Notes: generated from the letters alone by a model not told the origin. A stretch of 64,000 bases of DNA from Octopus vulgaris (GCA_951406725.2 OX597814.1:98518001-98582000); one strand, 5' to 3'; shown: positions 1-13,464, counted from the first letter of the stretch. A program made the numbers and translations.

Positions 1-644
1 AGAAGACCCATTTTTCGTCACCAGTCAAGAAGAGTGAAATGAGTTCGCGAGAATGGAGAGAAGAGCAGTGTCAACTCGTGATTTGCGGTTGCTTTTGGAC
101 AATCCATGAGACACCCATTTTCCAAATTTAGGAACCTTTCCAGATTGTTGAAGATGACGATGAATAGTTGTATGGTTTGAAATAAGCTTTATTGCCAATT
201 CTTCAACTGATAATGCAGTATTTTCTTCAAGTCATGCATCAAGGAGCTTATCATCAAACTCAACTGGACGTCCTGTTCGATCTTCATCTTTCAAGGCTGA
301 AATCTCCACTTCTGAATTTTGCAAACCATCTTCTGCAAGTTCTTTCATTCAAGCATTCTTTCCCATAAACTGAGTGCATGTTTCGAGTCGCTTCGGCTGC
401 AGAGTTTCCTTTATTGTACTCATAAAGCATTATGTGCCTTAAATGCTCTTTGGATACTTCTATGTTAGAAAAGGTTTTAATAAAATAAAAATTAATTCTA
501 TTATTCTGTAAAATAATATTTAATTAGTTTATATGTACACAAATGCATAAAAATAATTTTTAATTCCATTAGACATTCTAAAATACTATTAAATTTCATT
601 TACTTTTAAAAAAGGTAAAATCGGGCAGAACTTATGGGTTGACA

Positions 645-648
<4 letters not shown>
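1..648 (-). mobile_element. Mariner (Tc1/mariner) transposon, degenerate, running off the window's left edge
   Basis: Minus-strand translation gives HLRHIMLYEYNKGNSAAEATRN..CRRWFAKFRSGDFSL..RTGRP, GKWVSH and LTGDEKWVF with stops and frameshifts. A TIR-like end (cagaacttatgggttgacatgata) abuts (TA)n. Confidence 0.85.
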
Positions 649-707
<59 letters not shown>

Positions 708-891
708 TATAAAAATATGTGTTGTGTGTGTCTGTGTGCATGATTGAATATGTGCGTATGCATATCTGTCTATCTAGCCGTGTGTGTTTGTATGTATATA
801 TATATATATATCTATATCTGTGTGACTGTGTGTGCGTATGTATGTATGAATATATATATACATATATATGTATATTTCTGCATATATATAT

Positions 892-1282
892 TTACTCTTT
901 TACTTGTTTCAGTCATTTGACTGCGGCCATGCTGGAGCACCGCCTTTAGTCGAGCAAATCGACCCCGGGACTTATTCTTTGTAAGCTCAGTACTTATTCT
1001 ATCGGTCTCTTTTGCCGAACCGCTAAGTGATGGGGACGTAAACACACCAGCATCGGTCAAGCAATGCTAGAGGGACAAACACAGACATACAAACATATAC
1101 ACACATATATATACATATATACGACAGGCTTCTTTCAGTTTCCGTCTACCAAATCCACTCACAAGGCTTTGGTCGACCCAAGGCTATAGTAGAAGACACT
1201 TGCCCAAGATGCCACGCAGTGGGACTGAACCCGGAACCATGTGGTTGGTTAGCAAGCTACTTACCACACAGCCACTCCTCCC
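892..1282 (-). mobile_element. tRNA-derived SINE, family A (full length)
   Basis: The minus strand begins ggagtggctgtgtggtaag..ggttcagtcccactgcgtggca (A/B-box-like) and ends gcatggccgcagtcaaatgactgaaacaagtaaaagagtaaa. Near-identical copies at 8296, 27191, 38317 and 54081. Confidence 0.85.
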
Positions 1283-1664
<382 letters not shown>

Positions 1665-1761
1665 TTTGTGAAATTTGATTAAGTGTTTCTAAATTTAATT
1701 TTTCCCTGTAAGTTAGGAATAATATTCCCTCAAATAATTTTTATTATACATATATATATAT

Positions 1762-1829
<68 letters not shown>

Positions 1830-2214
1830 TATATATATATATACACTCACACATACACAACACAAACACACACGTATATATGCAGTATTTTGGTAAATGA
1901 GTAATACGTCAATTAGTGTGCTGATGTGTTGAGTAAAGCACTGGCACGGTTTGGGCTACTTGGCATTATCCACTGTTGGAGTATATTTCCGTTGGATCTA
2001 CTTCAGGAATTCCGCAGTGTTAGTTGATATAATAATCGATTAAGTAAGCACAATTGGTATAACTCTTTATTTTGTACAACGATCGCTTCGACCGACCCTG
2101 CGACTATCCTTTATGGATGGAATTTTTCTTCCACCGGTTTCATATCCCTTTCCACTCTCATTTACGTTCTTTTGGTAATTTTTTTCTTGTTTTTTCCTCC
2201 TTTCTTGTCTACAG

Positions 2215-2283
<69 letters not shown>

Positions 2284-2667
2284 TTTGTTATGGATATTTA
2301 ATAATAAAGATAATCGTAGCAATGCCTCATTCCCTAACTGAAGCGGGCAAATAGCAGCATGACTACCCAAACTCAAGATCTTTAGCGAGATATTACTTTA
2401 TGTATGAATGTACCTGATGTGACCCCAAAATTGATGCCACATAGTATGATGCACAGTATCCCACCCATAAAGGAGAGTCGAAACGATCGTCGTACAAGAT
2501 ACAGAGTTATACCAATTCTATCTTCTGTTTATTTAATTGAATATATATATATATATACATATATATTTATTTATGTATGTACATATATATATATATATAT
2601 ATCTATATATATATACACATGCATATATATTTATGTATATATGTATGTACATATGTATGTATACATG

Positions 2668-2733
<66 letters not shown>

Positions 2734-2770
2734 TATATACATACACATATGTATGCAAATATATGTGGTG

Positions 2771-3234
2771 CAAACTTTTCGGCTAGTTCCTAAACAGTTA
2801 CGATGGGATTTTGTTCCAGCAAGATTTACAGGAGGTCCTCGTCGAGCTCTACAGATCTTCCAGGACGAAGATCGTCTTCTAAGCTGTAGTTTCCAGCTTG
2901 GAATTTCGCGAACCACCGTTGACACATGCTTACGTTTATTGTCCGATCCCTATATACTGTATTAATATTCCTCGCACTTTCCGTTGCGTTGTTGCCTTTA
3001 TTGAACTCAAAAAGTAAAATATGCCGAATATGCTCCTTTGTCATTTCCATTATAGCTTTGAGAAAGTAACTGTTAAAATCGAATTGCATTCTTCGAAACT
3101 TGCACTAAGAATAAGTACAAGGTAAAATTTCTACCTGCTTTTATAACAAGTTGATGCAAGTAGTTTATCCCGTTCCCCTCCGACTTTTAGTTCACACAAT
3201 TGAAGAAATCGCGTTAATTATGGGATGACCTAAT
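2771..3234 (-). mobile_element. Mariner transposon 5' fragment (transposase HTH region plus TIR)
   Basis: ORF 2826-3089: [60 protein letters not shown]-like end ttatgggatgacctaata followed by TA repeats. Confidence 0.85.
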
Positions 3235-3403
3235 ATATATATAACCTTGTCTATCTTTCCCTTTCTCCCTATAGGTATAGTTTATATGTATGTGTATTTC
3301 TCTGTGTTCATGTATGAATCGATATGTATCTATATATTTTATGTGTTCGCGCTTATATGCAAATTTATCTTAGAATATATTTTATATTGAAATCTGTGAA
3401 CAG

Positions 3404-3565
3404 ATATGTCAAAGTGGAAAGACTCTAATATGAATTGTGTAAAAAATTCTCAGTCACCAATCAACATTGAAACTTCCAAGGCTGAATTGAAAGAATTAGG
3501 GGATTTTAACTTCTCTAAATATACGAAGTTGAGCAACGCTAAATTGTTAAATAATGGACATACTG
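3404..3565 (+). CDS. Alpha-carbonic anhydrase, first exon visible in the window
   Basis: cag|AT..ACT G|gtgag, phase 1-1. Encodes MSKWKDSNMNCVKNSQSPINI..LLNNGHT, containing the QSPINI motif, the NNGHT proton-shuttle His and the N-terminal disulfide Cys. Confidence 0.92.
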
Positions 3566-4373
3566 GTGAGTTTTCATTTGCTACTGTTTATCATTTTTAT
3601 ACTGTAACTATTTAAAATGCAGTCGAAATAAAAACGTAAGAGGGAAACTTAAATATTTTGGATTATTTAGTTAAATTCCTTTTATATAGATATCATGCAT
3701 CGCCAATTTCGATTTTTTTTTACCTTGTCATTTGTCGATTTTTGTCTTTCTATCTTTGGATTCAATTTTGATTTCCTCTATTGACTTTCCCATTAATTAG
3801 TGATTTATTAGAATTATCTCTACAGAATGTTTTGTAACTACTAAATGGTAATTAAGACCACATGATACGGGGAGATAATCTCAACAGTTAAGGATTCTCT
3901 ATTATTTACATTCCATTGAGATAAAGGACCGACTTAGAGTCTTGAGATAAGAGAACAGTCGTAGACGTGTGTTTCTAACTCAATAGCCGTCATAAAGAAG
4001 ACAGTTGTTCAGTCTCAATCCCTGTAGTCAAGGAACTTGGATTATACGAAAAGGAATTTAATATATTTGCGAGTGTTATACACACACACGCAACACGCAC
4101 GCACACACATACGCACACACATATGTAATTTAATGAGCTCTGGAGTTATACATGAGTGACAACTAGTTCTTTGACAATGCACTAATGGGACAGGCTTGTA
4201 AAGCATACCGTACAATCATTCACCGCACACTATACAAGCTTGTCTGATTATTGTTCTATCCGAGCATAAAACTTGCAATAGCTCACATATAACTCCTGCA
4301 GTCGTTAAATGATATTTATTCTTCGTAGATTAAGTACTTTCTTTGCTGATCGTTCCAACAAGTGAAAAATGGA

Positions 4374-4429
<56 letters not shown>

Positions 4430-4869
4430 ACGCACACATTGATTATATATATGTGTATATATATATATATACTATAAATGTGCTCTACTCTAGTTTCTAA
4501 CCTTGGTTATTTAGCTATTATTTCCTGTTTGGTTTTGGATTGCGTCAAACCACGTTAATTATTTCATAATTTTCTTATTACTATTTTGCGGAATCAGCCA
4601 CTGATTCTAATGGTAAAATCTATATATACTGACGGTGTAGAATTTAACTTTAGAATTACCGATAAGCATTAAAATTTCATGCAAAATTGGCATACCAATC
4701 TAATTCCCTGTCACTAAATAGACATTGTGCTTTCTGTAGCTAAAGAGTCCCCTGACTCTTATTTGACTCTTATGTTGGCTCTTATGTTGGTGCACCCGGT
4801 ACCCTTCGTCACATTTTTGCGACAGTGGATTATTTCCTTTTTGGCTTTGAACTGTGTCTAGCCACTATT

Positions 4870-4921
<52 letters not shown>

Positions 4922-5113
4922 TTATGAGAGGTAATGGTATCAAGAAGACCCAAAGGTGTCAGGTAATGCTGAGTAAGTGCTATGGACAGACGACAGACTA
5001 TAGTTAAGTTCCAGGTTCGGTGATTATGCGAATGAGGAGTCCAACGTAGGTGATATATCAGCATCTATATATATAAAAAAATTAACAGAATGAGATAAAA
5101 CTCCAAGACTGTG

Positions 5114-5701
5114 AAAGATTTCAGAACATTTATAAATAGGTCTTACAGCTATTTCCAAGATATTTTATATATCCCTTCATCGGCGACGGTGTGAAAAAAT
5201 GGTTAAGCAATAATTATTCTAGATAAGATATGAAACAGAGAGTGAAGTGGAAAAATGAAAACAGACGCGAGACATGCAGGGATATTGTATCTTCAATTCC
5301 ATTATTTAGGCAGAATGGTATACATATAATATTCCTGTACCTTGTAAGTAAGTTCCAATAGTATTTAAAATTGGTCATTCCAAACATATAGTTTATAAAA
5401 GGTGTTATTGAATCGAGTGTTTCTTTTGAAAAAAAAACCTCGATTTTTTAATACTATTGGAACTTACTCACAAGGTACATGAATTTTATGTGTAAGCCAT
5501 TCTGCCTAAATAATGGAACTGAAGATATACTGTCCCTGCATATCTCACGTGTATTTTCATTCCTCCACTTCACTCTCTATTTCATATCTTATCTAGAATA
5601 TTTATTGCTTAACCATTTTCTCACACAGTCTCCGATGAAGGGATATATAAAATATACCGGAAACAGCTGTAAGACCTTCTACTTATAAATGTTCTGAAGT
5701 C

Positions 5702-5704
<3 letters not shown>
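5114..5704. repeat. Diverged long inverted repeat (arms about 5114-5371 and 5443-5704), Penelope pLTR-like
   Basis: For example cagaacatttataa..gtcttacagctatttcc..cccttcatcgg on the left is the reverse complement of ccgatgaagggat..ggaaacagctgtaagac..ttataaatgttctg on the right. Confidence 0.85.
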
Positions 5705-5744
<40 letters not shown>

Positions 5745-6034
5745 TGTAAAGTCTGTAAAATCTGTTACATTAGTAGGAGTCTGAGTCTGATATATCTTTC
5801 GAATATACTTTAATAGCTTGCATCAAAAGAATATCGAAATTGCCATCAACTTTCCATGAAGAAAATATATAACAGACTAATGATATTGCTTGTACTTAAG
5901 CGAGTGATCCCAATAAAAATTTCAATTTAATTTGAAATCATTTTGAAATGTGTTTTTTTCTCCTTTGAATTGTTTTATTTATACAGAAAATATATTTAAA
6001 TCGATATTTATATAAACCATATTAATGATTCCAG

Positions 6035-6180
6035 TGCAATTAGAGGTTAAAGGACTTACTTTATCTGGAGGTAATCTGACAGGTACTTACGATACTCTCC
6101 AATTACATTTCCATTGGTCTGCAAATGTGACAACGAAAGGATCGGAACACACTGTTGATAAGAAAAGTTACCCACTAGAA
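6035..6180 (+). CDS. Alpha-carbonic anhydrase exon
   Basis: ccag|TG..GAA|gtaag. Encodes VQLEVKGLTLSGGNLTGTYDTLQLHFHWSANVTTKGSEHTVDKKSYPLE, with QLHFHW (two Zn-ligand His) and GSEH. Confidence 0.95.
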
Positions 6181-6446
6181 GTAAGCTAAGTAAAAGTTTT
6201 ATTTTTTCTAGTTTTGAGCATAGTCAAACTATCCGCTTATTTCAAATCTATCCGATTGTTTCAAAATGCTCATCTTGTTTTTCCTCAACCTTGATTAGGA
6301 TTATCATTTCTAATATATATTTTAATAATCATGTTGCAAAACTGACCCTTATATTATGGCCTACAGATCAATTATCATATGCATATATAATAATTTAGCT
6401 TGCACTTGAATTCCATTGTTATAAAATACAACTATTCTGCCTATAT

Positions 6447-6698
6447 GTCTGTGCACACTTTTCAATGCAATGTATGCCAGAAGGTTTGCAAATCTAACAG
6501 AAGCCTCAAAAGACATTTTAAGATCCACAAAGATCAGAACTTTCCTGCAGCTCTTGGTGGTCCAAATTGGATATGCAATCTATGTGGGTGTCTTTTCAAA
6601 ACATTGTCTGGTTTAAAAGGCCACATCAAATGCCATGATGGTTCTAAGGTGTAGGTACAGGAGGTGATCAAACTCTGCATAAGTAGAAAACCACCATG
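6447..6698 (+). mobile_element. Probable RTE-type LINE 3' end with two C2H2-like zinc fingers
   Basis: FQCNVCQKVCKSNRSLKRHFKIH and WICNLCGCLFKTLSGLKGHIKCH, then a stop and a short 3' tail into microsatellite. No TGEKP linker and no splice sites. The RTE end at 12853-13280 has a similar terminal finger. Confidence 0.5.
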
Positions 6699-6751
6699 TA
6701 TATATGTCTGTCTGTCTGTATATATGTATGCATGCGTGTGTGTGTGTGTGC

Positions 6752-6796
<45 letters not shown>

Positions 6797-6799
<3 letters not shown>

Positions 6800-7922
6800 G
6801 TTGGACAAAATAATGAACACACCTTAAAATTTCAGACAAATTAATTTTAATACGGTGTTGGATCGCCATTGGCAGTAATTACAGCTTGAATTCTACGAGG
6901 TATAGACTCGTAGAAAGTTTCCAAAGGAATTGAGATCTGGGGACTGTGGTGGCCAGACAAGATGTTCAACTTCACTAGAATGTTCCTCCTACCATTCAGT
7001 AACAACTTTAGCTCTGTGAATTAGTGCATTATCATCCTGAAAGATTGCGTTTCCCTCCGAAAACATTTTCGCAACCACAGGATGAATTTGATCTGAAAAA
7101 ATGCTTAAATAGTCTTGACTATTAATTCTGCCATGAAGGGAAACCCTTAGGCTGGCAGATTTCCAAGATATAAGCCCCCCAGATCATCACAGATCCTCCT
7201 CCATGTTTAACAGTTGGAAGAAGGCAGTCTGGGTCAAATGCTTTTTTTGGCTGTCTCCACACGTATACTCGGCCGGTGGTCGAAAATAAGGTATAGAATG
7301 AAAACATTCTTCCACTGCTCTAGGGACCGATTATGTAGGTATTTACTCCACTCTAAAAGCTTCGCAGCGTTTGTTTTTGAAAGTAGTGGTTTTCTGATTG
7401 CAGCCCTCCCGTGAAATCCGGCATTGTACAGCTCCCGGCGAACAGTTTTTGTGGAAACTGGGTTCTCGAGGTGGTCATTAAGCTCTGCCGTAATTTTTGG
7501 AGCTGTACTTTTTGTGATCCTTTCTAACAATTCGCGTAAGAGTCCGACGGTCCCTATTTGAAAGTTTTGGTTTTCTTCCGGAGTTTTGTTTCTATGAGGA
7601 GGTTTTTACCTCTTTCTTAGAGGCTGTCATTACTTTCGAGACAGTACTTCTTGAGAAACCAAACATTTCGGCTGTTTTCGTTACGCTAACGTCTGACATA
7701 CGAGCACTAACAATTTGCCCTCTTTGAAAGTTCGATAATGAATTTTAATTACCATTTTCTGATGATACCTGAAAAGAAACAGCAATTTTAGTAAAACATA
7801 TTAAGCAACACTAATAATAAATAAAAAAAATATCAAAATAAACAAGCTTTTGACGGTTTTATAGATATTTCAAAATTATGATGGTATGATGCTAGGTGTT
7901 TCCATTATTTTGTCCAACTCCC

Positions 7923-7923
<1 letters not shown>
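6797..7923 (-). mobile_element. Tc1-like DNA transposon, internally deleted and degenerate
   Basis: TIRs gggttggacaaaataatgaacacacct / aggtgtttccattattttgtccaactcccg, both in (TA)n. Transposase pieces: GRAAIRKPLLS, TVKHGGGSVMIWG, QDDNA, WPPQSPDL. Confidence 0.92.
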
Positions 7924-7995
<72 letters not shown>

Positions 7996-8295
7996 ATACA
8001 GACATACATATATTTTTAATAAAGAATATATATTTTTATGATCTACTAATTGCTTCGTGCGATGAAAACATCCTTACGCTGTGCTTACATGGCATAATAG
8101 ACTACAATAAAGCGATGGGAAGACAGAAAAGAAAACATTTTTTTCTCTCATCTTATCGTTTTGTTGTAGCCTGTAACACCATGTGGGCATAGTCTGAGGA
8201 TTGTGTGAACGCACCTGACCTGGCGTGTTAAAAAATGCTGTCTGGGATGTTTTTATCGCGTGAAACAATAGACAATAAAGAATGTATGCTGTCTT

Positions 8296-8450
8296 TGGCT
8301 GTGTGGTAAGTAGCTTGCTTACCAACCACATGGTTCCGGGTTCAGTCCTACTGCGTGGCACCCTGGGCAAGTGTCTTCTGCTATAGCCTCGGGCCGACCA
8401 AAGCCTTGTGAGTAGATTTGGTAGACGAAAACTGAAAGAAGCCCGTCGTA

Positions 8451-8497
<47 letters not shown>

Positions 8498-8712
8498 ATA
8501 TGTTTGTGTGTCTGTGTCTGTCCCCCTAGCATTGCTTGACAACCGATGCTTGTGTGTTTACGTCCCCGTCACTTAGCGGTTCGGCAAAAGTGACCTATAG
8601 AATAAGTACTAGGCTTACAAAGAATAAGTCCCGGGGTTGATTTGCTCGACTAAAGGCGGTGCTCCAGCATGGCCGCAGTCAAATGACTGAAACAAGTAAA
8701 AGAGTAAAGAGT
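8296..8712 (+). mobile_element. tRNA-derived SINE, family A
   Basis: Reverse complement of the 892-1282 element, with an internal (TA)/(TG) tract. Confidence 0.85.
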
Positions 8713-8915
8713 ATATATATGTGTGTGTGTGTGTGTGTATAAACACATGACCGACTTCTATCAATTTCCGGCTACCAACTACATTAACAAGGTTTCGGTC
8801 GGTACGTGGTTATTGTGTATGACATTTGTCAACAGTCTCATGGAGAGGGATTGTACCCAAGATCACATGACTGAGAAGCATAGCCATATTTGCACCTATT
8901 TATACAGGTGTGTGT

Positions 8916-9240
8916 GTGTGGTAAGAAGCTTGCTTCCCAACTCTATTGTTCCGTGTTCAGTCCCACTGCGTGGCACTTTGGGCAAGTGTCTTCTACTATA
9001 GCCTCCGGCCGATCTCGGGACTTTGTATCTGTTTTTGTCTCCCCCATAACCGCTTGACAACCGGTGTTGCTTTGTTTACGTCCCGGTAAGTTAACGGATC
9101 GGCAATAGAGGCCGATAGTATAACTATTAGACATAAAAAAACGTAAGTGCTGGGGTCGATTCGTTCGACTAAATCCCTTCAAGACGGTGCTCTAGCATGG
9201 CCGCAATCAAATGACAAACAAATAATAGAAAAAATAAAAG
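8916..9240 (+). mobile_element. SINE family A, degenerate copy
   Basis: gtggtaagaagcttgcttccc..ttcagtcccactgcgtggcactttgggcaagtgtcttc..gcatggccgcaatcaaatgac. Confidence 0.75.
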
Positions 9241-9309
9241 AAATATATACATACATACACACACATATGTATATAAATCCATACATATGTGTTTATATAT
9301 ATATATATA

Positions 9310-10153
9310 CTAGCAGAATTGCCCGGCGTTGCTCGAGGCTGAATTGCTTGAAAGTACTGTTAATGATTGCACTGAATTATGATGATTATTCAGGCAAATA
9401 TTGATATAAGCTTACGGTGGGAGATAAGGACTTAACGATCAAACGTGTGCCATTGCATTGTTTTGGGGGAACCAAATTTCTGATGAGCATTATAGGGGCA
9501 CCAACTTTAAGTTTGAGAAAGTGTGGTGGTAGTCCGGGGTGCTCAAAGGAATTGAGTACCTCTATTGGATAGTTGATGACGTCCTCTGGGTCAGGAGTTG
9601 TATCGATAGACTGATATACATAGACTTCCCCAGGAATGAGTTTTAGCATTTCATCATTAATATGGTGAACAGTTTTATTCCTCGGGGCCAGTATAGCCTT
9701 TTTGCCAATCCAATCCATATTCTGATAATTAGCTTGTAGATCTGGGAACACTGCATCTCTGAGATCAGAAGGCGTCTTAACAATGGTACAAATGGAATCG
9801 ATGGCAATATTACCATTTTCATCCCCTGGTATTTTGCCTTCGCCAAGTGCATGGAGGGTGTGAGGAAATGCTGCTGATGTGATATTACGTCGCATATGAG
9901 CACGCATATTGGTGTGAAGTTTGAGAGTTACTTCCGTTTATTTTTAAAATATGCATTAAAATGGAAAAAAATGATGGTAAATTATTTGTAAAATCATAGA
10001 CTCATCGTAGACGCGCGCTAATACCCAGAAGGGCTCGATATGAATCACGACTATAAGATACCCGGTTTTGGTTAAACTGCATCGCAAAATGTGGGAGTAG
10101 TTAGGAATCTAAATCGGAGTAGACAGACACACAACCTTTCTTTTATATATAAA
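9310..10153 (-). mobile_element. Internally deleted Helitron carrying a PIF1-helicase fragment
   Basis: ORF 9386-9907 has AILAPRN..INDEML..YQSID..LNS..PGLPPH.LKLKVGAPIMLIRNL...CNGTRL. The minus-strand 3' end is a GC-rich hairpin (cgagcaacgccggg) plus CTAG followed by T; the 5' end is a|tttatatataaaag. Confidence 0.9.
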
Positions 10154-10640
10154 TATTTTCGTCCTAAAAAACTTTGTATGGATTGAATGGTTACCTCTAT
10201 GGAAATATATACACGCACATTATACATACATGTGTGTATAGATGAATATATAAATACATTTAAATATCTATATACACTTTTGGGCGATCTTTCTGTTTCT
10301 TAGAGATAACTTTAGATCTTATTTTCGTGCTAAAAAACTTTGTATGGAGTGAATGGTTACCTCTATGGAAATATATACACACACGTTATACATACATGTG
10401 TGCATAGATGAATATATAAATACATTTATATATCTATATACACTTTTGGGCGATCTCTGTGCTACTTAGAGATAACTTTAGATCTTATTTTCGTCCTAAA
10501 AAACTTTGTGCGGAGTGAATGGTTACGTGTATGGAAATATATACACACACATTATACATACATCTGTGTATAGATGAATATATAAATACATTTAAATATC
10601 TATATACACTTTTGGGCGATCTTTCTGCTACTTGGATATA
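10154..10640. repeat. 166-bp tandem repeat, about 3 copies (a partial fourth resumes near 11092)
   Basis: tattttcgt(c/g)ctaaaaaactttgt recurs at 10154, 10320 and 10486. Confidence 0.93.
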
Positions 10641-10642
10641 GG

Positions 10643-11081
10643 GGCGATGTTTCGCTTGTCGTAGCACACGTTTCCGTCGATTTCCGTAAAAAATGTAAAC
10701 ACTGAATCGGCCATACATACATACATACACACACACATACATACACACACACACACATACATGCATACATACATATACACATAAACCGAGTAAAAAATTT
10801 CAGTTATCTCTCTCTTTCACACATTACTCTCTCTGTCTCTTCACACACACTAACAGAAGCACTTCACTTACACAACATACTGTCTGTCTCCCACACTCCA
10901 TCAAACACACACACACACACACATGTACATCAATGCGTCCCATGCACGGTAACTTCAAAAGAACTTCCCTCGTCATACAATCGCTTTCTCTTAGTCTCTT
11001 TCGCTCTCATTACTTATGTAAAAAAATAATTTTTTTACGGAAATCGACGGAAACCTGTGCTACGACAAGCGAAACATCGCC
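10643..11081. mobile_element. MITE, 439 bp, 51-bp TIRs, 8-bp TSD GATATAGG (Merlin- or MULE-like)
   Basis: ggcgatgtttcgcttgtcgtagcac..ccgtaaaaaa (10643-10693) is inverted at 11031-11081 with 1 mismatch. gatatagg lies at 10635-10642 and 11082-11089. Confidence 0.88.
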
Positions 11082-11379
11082 GATATAGGTCTTATATTCG
11101 TCCTAAAATACTTTCCTGTCACACACTCACGCACACGCACGCACACACACACACACACACACACACGCAACACACACGCACACACACACTCACACACACG
11201 CACGTTAGCTTACAATTTTATTTATATATTTGCGTGTCTATGTGTGTAAAGAGGAAGTGGCAGACTGAAAGAGTCACTCACTACAAAAGGTGAATTACTT
11301 TCATTTTATTCCTTGCACACTGTGTGTGTGCGTGTGCGTGTGGTGTAAAACACATTAAGAAAAGCATTTGACATACACA

Positions 11380-11565
11380 CCAGAATGTGAGTTTTCTGTA
11401 AATTTTGCTTAATTGGAGTTTAAATTTTAAAAAGTGGACCTGGCAAAACCCGATGCATTCTACTCTTAAAAATGCTAAGTAAATTGTAATTGAAGAAATC
11501 CTATATTGTAGATTTCTATAACTGACAAAGGGAGGCAGATAAAATCTGCCTTTTATAATAAGAGA
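11380..11565 (-). mobile_element. Probable Helitron 5' end
   Basis: The minus strand reads A|TCTCTTATTATAAAAGGCAGATTTTATCTGCC: TC start after A, with a subterminal hairpin ggcagat/atctgcc. Confidence 0.5.
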
Positions 11566-11619
11566 TATAAATATGTATGTATATATATTTGTATATATAC
11601 ATGTGTCTATATATATACA

Positions 11620-11660
<41 letters not shown>

Positions 11661-11663
<3 letters not shown>

Positions 11664-12206
11664 GTTTATATAATGTTGTGCAAGATTTTATATGTGAAGT
11701 CGTGTGTTGAAACAGATATTGTTATATTTCGGAATAGTCATTTTGCCAGTTTAGCCAATAAAATCACACGCACTATATATTTGGTGTTACTTTGCTTAAG
11801 TGTTATTTATTTTTTACATTAATCTTAATCTTATTTCGGCCAGAGTTCTTTCGTCACACTCCTGTGACCGCATCAGTGGTCCTTTGTTTTCTTCTTTCTT
11901 ATTTGTGTCTCTCCTTACTAACCGTCAGCCATTTTGTATTTCGGTTAGTAAGGAGAGACACAAATAAGAAAGAAGAAAACAAAGGACCACTGATGCGGTC
12001 ACAGGAGTGTGACGAAAGAACTCTGGCCGAAATAAGATTAAGATTAATGTAAAAAATAAATAACACTGAAGCAAAGTAACACCAAATATATAGTGCGTGT
12101 GATTTTATTGGCTAAACTGGCAAAATGACCATTCCGAAATATAACAATATCTGTTTCAACACACGACTTCACGTAAAAAATCTTGCACAACAAATATATA
12201 AACGTA
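11661..12206. repeat. Near-perfect palindrome with arms of about 264 bp and a 17-nt spacer
   Basis: Arms 11661-11924 and 11942-12206 are reverse complements with only a few mismatches, which explains the mirror ORFs 11577+ and 12044-. Confidence 0.95.
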
Positions 12207-12452
12207 CTAACGTGAGCCATAGCCAGGCTTGCAAGATTTGTTGCTGATAATAAACTCTTATTCACTTCAAATATTCTTTTCTTTTTTCTTTACATAAACG
12301 TAAACTACAGTTTATATACAAACCTATTATTTTAAGGAAATCAATCCCCGCCCCAAAATATAAGGTATTGAACCAATATTTCCTCGGATGACGCCATCTC
12401 TTAATGTGGCTAACATAACCTCTAACTGAATTATATATATATGTGTTTGTGC

Positions 12453-12518
<66 letters not shown>

Positions 12519-12727
12519 GCATGTTAGTGTTTTTTCCTCTCTCCATTTTTTTCACTCTCTCTCCATTTTTCCTCTTCTTCCGTTCCGTCGAAGAGCGTAG
12601 GCTCGAAACGTCAAAGACTTTTCTATTTTTCCCGAGTGTTAAACTAATACACTTACTTGTTGTTCCTACACCTGTCTTCGTCTTTTGTTTTTCTGTAAAT
12701 TTGAACTATATACATCTATCTATCGAT

Positions 12728-13280
<553 letters not shown>

Positions 13281-13301
13281 AGATACATACACACACACAT
13301 G

Positions 13302-13376
<75 letters not shown>

Positions 13377-13464
13377 ATGCGTTGTATAACTCACCTTTTA
13401 ATATTAAACTGTTTCAAGAGATAGCCTAGCTAGCTTTTGCACACTATAGTAAATATTTTGTTTA

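Noticed and set aside
9386-9907. Host PIF1 helicase gene
   Set aside because: Intronless partial domain enclosed by Helitron termini.
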